A stretch of 64,000 bases of DNA from Saprolegnia diclina VS20 (lineage: Eukaryota): positions 127,758-191,757 of the forward strand of contig NW_008246107.1 of the NCBI RefSeq assembly GCF_000281045.1, read 5' to 3'. Both the position numbers and the translations under genes were made by a program. This document shows positions 59,078 through 64,000 of the stretch, one piece after another (positions within the stretch are counted from its first letter, which is position 1; every line of letters starts with the position of its first letter). The notes below the pieces were generated by a model. That model was not told the DNA's origin. It saw only the letters and a program-made list of their open reading frames with translations, and searched no databases.

Positions 59078-60250
59078 TTCTGCCGTATAAACTTGCCTCA
59101 TGTACATCAGTATTTATGCGCTCAACTCGTCGGTCAAATTAGACCGATGTCATGTCGTGTGGGTAGCCCTTCGGCCGGGATCTGGTGGGGATGACATGAC
59201 ACTCGCGTTGCACGCTCCAAGTTTACTCGTTGCTGCCGCACCAAAGCCATGGCATATTTCGATGGCTCGGTGGAGCACGCCTTATACATTCTATACACAA
59301 GCAGTAGACACTGTACACTGCGGCACATTGGATTGCAGGTCGCAGCTGGTGCCTATTCTAGCCGCATACACCCGCAGGTTAGAACCATCAAACACTACAC
59401 ATCACGCCGACAGCTCACGCGGACGAGATTCTAGTAGAGTGAAAGGGTTCAGATGCACGAACTAGGATGCTAGGTACATGGATCAGTTATGTATTCGACT
59501 ATGAGAAGGCCGTCCCCTACAGCTTCTGCCATCGACTCACAGTGGCCACACCTTTGCAATGTGAGGAGCAACCAAAGGCAAAGTGGTCAGCGCCGAGATT
59601 GCACTTGCCGTGGTTGGTAATGAACCCCGAAGAAGCGCAGCTCACTTGGTGGCCAGTGGATACAACGCGGCGACCTTGGGTGCGGCTATGCTACCGCGGG
59701 TCTTTCTGCTCAAGGAGGTACCAAGTACCACGGCGACGACTGACAACGACGATGGAGGGTGGACACGACGAGGTCTATGGCAAGGTCAAAATCAAAATCC
59801 GTTCCGCTTCAAAATGCCTGCATTTTACGCGCCTTACTTCACCTGACGACAGCTGATGCCAGCACGGATATGACGCCGGACGTGCCTGGCTCGCAGCACG
59901 TCGAGTCGAAGGCGACCGTTAAACCAGCAAATGTATCTGGCGTAATCGCGTCGAGGTTGCCATAGTGCGAGTAGCAAGCGCAAAAGATACTTGACTCGAC
60001 GAGCTGCTCCTTCATTGCCGTCGACTAGATTCGGTCGCTTGGAAACATCAAGCAAAACGTATGTGGTACCCATCCCCCGAATCTACCACCTGGCCTGGTC
60101 CACGGGGAACTCTCGCAAATTGACTTGCTTTGAATCTCACAATGGACAAGTGCCACAGGCAGGATTCCGTGCATACCACAGGTGTCGCTGCACCTTGTCT
60201 ATACCTACAAGTACGTACGTTTACTCGCACACATCACGATTTTCGTTGCG

Positions 60251-61912
60251 ATGAGCGGAGCTACTGGACTCATCCTGTGCGCCTTCAGGGCCAACGCGAC
60301 GAGTTGCGCCACCGACTATGTCCGCAACAGCCTCCAGACGCCGACGTGGGAGGTCATTGTTGGTGGCATTGGCATGTTCCTCATGGCCTTTGCGACCGGC
60401 GCCAACGACGTAGCCAACACGATGGGTAACCTCGTGGGTTGCAAGGTGCTTCCCGTGCACCAAGCGCTCCTCGTCGGCGGCCTCGCCGACTTTCTCGGTG
60501 CTATCTCGCTCGGGTACAGCTTCAAGGACTCGATTTCTGTCAAAGTCGGCAACCTCTTCACCGAGTCGAGAGACGGACGGTGCTGGGCCAACGGCTACAC
60601 CAACTCGCTCCAGTACGAGTACGCCAACGGCATGCTCGCTGCGCTCTTCTCGGGCGCCGCGTTCGTCTTGATCGCGACGGCGCTCAAGATGCCCGTCTCG
60701 ACGACGCACGCTGTCATTTGCGGCGTCATTGGCATGACGCTTCTCAACGTCGGCGGCGACTGCTTCAACCTAAGTGTTCAGAACGGCATCTTTAGTATCG
60801 TGCTCTCGTGGGTGCTCGGCCCGCTCTTCGCCGGCGTCATGTCGGTCGTCGCGTACTCGTTCACGACCCGCTTCATCCTCAACTCGTCGTCGCCGCGCTA
60901 CCGCGCCCTCCTCTTCCTCCCGTGGTTCTACGCGCTCGGCGTCTTCTCGGTCGCGGTCATTATCTTTTCCAAGTCCCGGCTGCTAGCCGACCTCTCCAAG
61001 GCGCCAGCGTACCAAGACAACTTGACGTACATCTCGGTCGGTGCCGGCGCCGTCCTCGGTGCGCTCGTCGCGGTCATCGTCAGCATCTTCCTCGTGCCAC
61101 ACGTCCGCGGTCTCTGCCCGTCCTTTGCCAACGCCGTTGAAATGCAAACAGAGGCCAAGCTCCCGACCGTCTCGCCGTTCGCGCCGTGCACCGAGCTCGG
61201 CGTCCGCGAGTACACGGCGCTCAACTCTCTCCAATTCGCCAACCTCTTGCATCTCAAGGGCGGCGACGACTACGTCTACGCACTCGGCGACGAGCAGATC
61301 AACGCGGTCGGGCGGACGTCCATGGAGCTCATTGCCGACGCCTACTGCCTCACGGACGAGCAGATCGACGCGCATTTCGCCATGAAGTACGCGCTCCTCT
61401 TCGCCTCGATCCTCGGCTCGTTCCTCCACGGCGCCTCGGACATTGGCAACTCGACGATCCCGATGCAAGTCATTTGGACCATCTCCCATGACGCGTACTC
61501 GACGCTACCAAACGGGACGCTTGTCCCACGACACTATACGTCCTGGAATGGTCCGTACTGGCTCTACCTTGTCGCGGCCCTCGGCGGCTTCCTCGGCATC
61601 AACCTCTTTGGCGGCCGCGTCCTCGACACGCTCGCGCGCGGGCTCACGATCGTGAACGTCCACCGCGGCTTTTGCATGGAGATCGGTACGATCGTGACGC
61701 TTGCTCTTGCGAACGTGCTGCAGCTGCCCGTCTCGTCGACGTACTGCGCCGTGAGCTCGGTCGTCTCGGTGAGTCTGGCGCACTACGGCCGCGAGCATTT
61801 TGAGGGCAAGAAAATGGCGCTCATCGGGCTTTCGTGGGTGCTCACGCTGCCCGTGTCCATGGGCCTCGCTGCCGGCATCGCAGCCGCGTTGAACGCCGGT
61901 CTCAAGACGTAG
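60251..61912 (+). CDS. PHO4/PiT-family inorganic phosphate transporter (copy 2)
   Basis: AFATGANDVANTM, MPVSTTH and HGASDIGNS motifs; tandem paralog of copy 1. Confidence 0.92.
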   Translation: MSGATGLILCAFRANATSCATDYVRNSLQTPTWEVIVGGIGMFLMAFATGANDVANTMGNLVGCKVLPVHQALLVGGLADFLGAISLGYSFKDSISVKVGNLFTESRDGRCWANGYTNSLQYEYANGMLAALFSGAAFVLIATALKMPVSTTHAVICGVIGMTLLNVGGDCFNLSVQNGIFSIVLSWVLGPLFAGVMSVVAYSFTTRFILNSSSPRYRALLFLPWFYALGVFSVAVIIFSKSRLLADLSKAPAYQDNLTYISVGAGAVLGALVAVIVSIFLVPHVRGLCPSFANAVEMQTEAKLPTVSPFAPCTELGVREYTALNSLQFANLLHLKGGDDYVYALGDEQINAVGRTSMELIADAYCLTDEQIDAHFAMKYALLFASILGSFLHGASDIGNSTIPMQVIWTISHDAYSTLPNGTLVPRHYTSWNGPYWLYLVAALGGFLGINLFGGRVLDTLARGLTIVNVHRGFCMEIGTIVTLALANVLQLPVSSTYCAVSSVVSVSLAHYGREHFEGKKMALIGLSWVLTLPVSMGLAAGIAAALNAGLKT

Positions 61913-62265
61913 ACGTCTCGATGTGTCGTGCGTATTGTTGTCTTGTTTTGGTATTTAATGCAGTCTGTACTATCTCTTGAGCTGTCCTTCTTGCTCGGCA
62001 TTAAGATGTTACGATGGAAAGGCGGTGAGCCCTAGCCCTTACCACAACCCTAAATGTAACGACGCCGCCAAGGATGCTATCGACGGTACGAGTAAATTCG
62101 CAAGCTATACGCGCAAGAGTGGTCCCATCGATGGATCTGATATTTCGCATCTGGTCATTCAATGTACTGTGGTGCGCGTGAGACGACAATTGTGGACCGT
62201 CCACCTCGACCAGATGCGCAACACGTCGCCGTACAGCACATAAGAGTGGTTTGAACACAGCGAAT

Positions 62266-64000
62266 CTACGTCTCGGTCGCGTCGTCGGGCGTGGAGTCGG
62301 GCAGCGGCCCCATGCCGAGCTTGGCCACGGCGCGGAGGCGCGTCGCTTCCGAGAGGTACTGGCGGAACGCGACAGTGGCTTCCGTCACGTGCGCAAGTCC
62401 GATCGACTCGTCGCCTACGTCAGCATCAGCGTCCAAATCTTGGATACATCGTAGAGTACTCTGGCCGTTCTGGAGCACGATGAGCCGCTGCATCTTGTGC
62501 TGCACCGCCTTAAACTTGTCTTCGAGGTCCAATGCATCGTTGGCGGCAAAGTGGTCGGCCTTCACGAGCACCGAGAGCCGGCTCCGGCGTCGGTTCTGTT
62601 CGAGCGTCAAGGCATCGGACGCGTCGACGGCCTTCATTGCGTGCTCGACGTCGTTCTTGACGCCAATGGCCTTGAGCTCGTCGAGGAGGCTCTTGCCAGA
62701 CGCTTCGTACGGCGCCCAAAACGACATCTACTCGATCGGTTTGTCGCCAACAACCCCCAGCATACGTACGAGAAGGTAAACGAGCTGACCAAAGTTGGGT
62801 GGCGGCAGCAGCTGCAGCTCCGAGATGGCGATTTCTACGCACATTTCACGGAATCGAACCGACGACAACGTTAGTACCGTGGCAAGCGATCGGAAAGACG
62901 TGCGCTACGATGCGGTCGAGCATCGAGAGGTGCGGTGTCGACGCAGTGGTCGCGGTGGCGGCGCCTTGCAGCACCTTGCGAAGCACCTGCGCGCCTTCGA
63001 CCTCGGAGACGCTCAAGCCGCTGCGCCGAAAGACGACGAGGAGCTGGTCGAGCGAGAGATACCCGTCGCTTGCGAGCAAGTCCTTGTCGGCAATGCACAT
63101 GACGCGCACTTGGCCCATCCGGTCCAAGACGTGACGTCGCCACTCCTCCAACAGAAAGAGTAACAGTCTACAGTGTTGGTGCGTAACACCTTGATACATT
63201 GATACTATAGCGTACCCGTCGGCGTCCGACGTCTTGGGCTGCAAACTCATGTGCTCGAGCTCACGCAGTCGCCCGAGCATCCGATCGTGGTTTTCGACGT
63301 CCACCTATTGCATTCGATATGGACATGCAGCGCTTTTCCTATGGCTCCTGCAATCCATACCGAGCCAAAGAAGGCTTGGATGAGGCACACGGCATCTTCG
63401 TGCTTGACGTACTCGTACTCGGTGCCCACGTCCGGCTAGGTCGTGTCCATCGTATACATGCAGAAATCCATAGGCAAATCGTACGTGGAGAAGCGGAAAC
63501 GTGTGGTACCCGGCGTGGAGCACCATGTTGATGAAGTTGAACGCTTGGGGAGACCCGTAGTAGACGTCTTCGCCGCTCGCGCCCATGCCGCAGAGCTGCG
63601 AGAAGAGCAGAATGCGCGCGTGGGACATGACCAGCGTCCGTGTATTGACAAACACATCGTGAATGACCTTCTCGGCCTCCCACCTAATGCGCAACATATA
63701 TATATTGGACTCGTATTGTCCAATATAAACGTACCGGGACCCAAAGCGCGCCATAAAGTAGTCGTACACAAATTCGATGAACGGTTGGTGGTCGGACGAC
63801 TCTTCGACTTCGGCGCGCGCGCGGATGAGATCTGAGATAACGCAAAGAAGCCACTTGGTCGACCGCACGACGTGCCGGCTGCGGTAGCTCGTCTTGCCGC
63901 TGCCGTACCCGTCGTGCATGAGCTCGCGCATGTTGAGGGGCACGCCTTGGTCGCGCTTGAGCCGCGCGCGGAACGCCCGCTGGAGCCGGTGGATCGCGAG
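62266..64000 (-). CDS. 3' part of a multi-exon conserved hypothetical protein (start lies beyond the window)
   Basis: Coding-like exons separated by short introns; FIEFVYDYFMARFG...AEKVIHD...HARILLF is reminiscent of TSNAXIP1-like ciliary proteins (weak); EF-hand-like DGYLSLDQL; stop at 62266. Confidence 0.7.

Noticed and set aside
56867..59107. 746-aa minus-strand ORF
   Set aside because: Antisense shadow of the GC3-rich PiT gene; no domain features.

Overview
This is eukaryotic, GC-rich, gene-dense genomic DNA with short (~45-60 nt) GT-AG introns and oomycete-type Inr/FPR core promoters. The gene families (28-aa ankyrin repeats, RNI-like LRRs, DUF4419, CHAP) point to a Saprolegniales oomycete (Saprolegnia/Achlya-like); this is inference. 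About 23 loci, left to right: a DUF6604-like protein, a small orphan gene, an ankyrin protein, and a tandem trio of large proteins with a degenerate 2OG-Fe(II) oxygenase fold and CxCxxC motif. Next come a stand-alone glutathionylspermidine-amidase-type CHAP protein, a 100-N gap, two GPI-mucin paralogs flanking a DUF4419 gene, a ~12.7-kb HERC-like gene (RCC1/LamG/SPRY/UBA/FN3/atypical HECT), a PH-CaaX protein, a small ankyrin protein and a DDX60/Ski2-like helicase. The right part holds a frameshifted LRR gene, a PH-kinase-PH gene, a ULP2-like SUMO protease, a cluster of three amphipathic-helix (LEA/apolipoprotein-like) genes, two tandem PHO4/PiT transporters and a truncated multi-exon gene. The most notable theme is several apparent pseudo-enzymes: oxygenases lacking iron ligands, a HECT with a displaced Cys, and a PiT with GAND changed to GANN. 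No rRNA, tRNA, CRISPR array or intact transposon was recognised. All family calls come from motif recognition by eye, not database searches.
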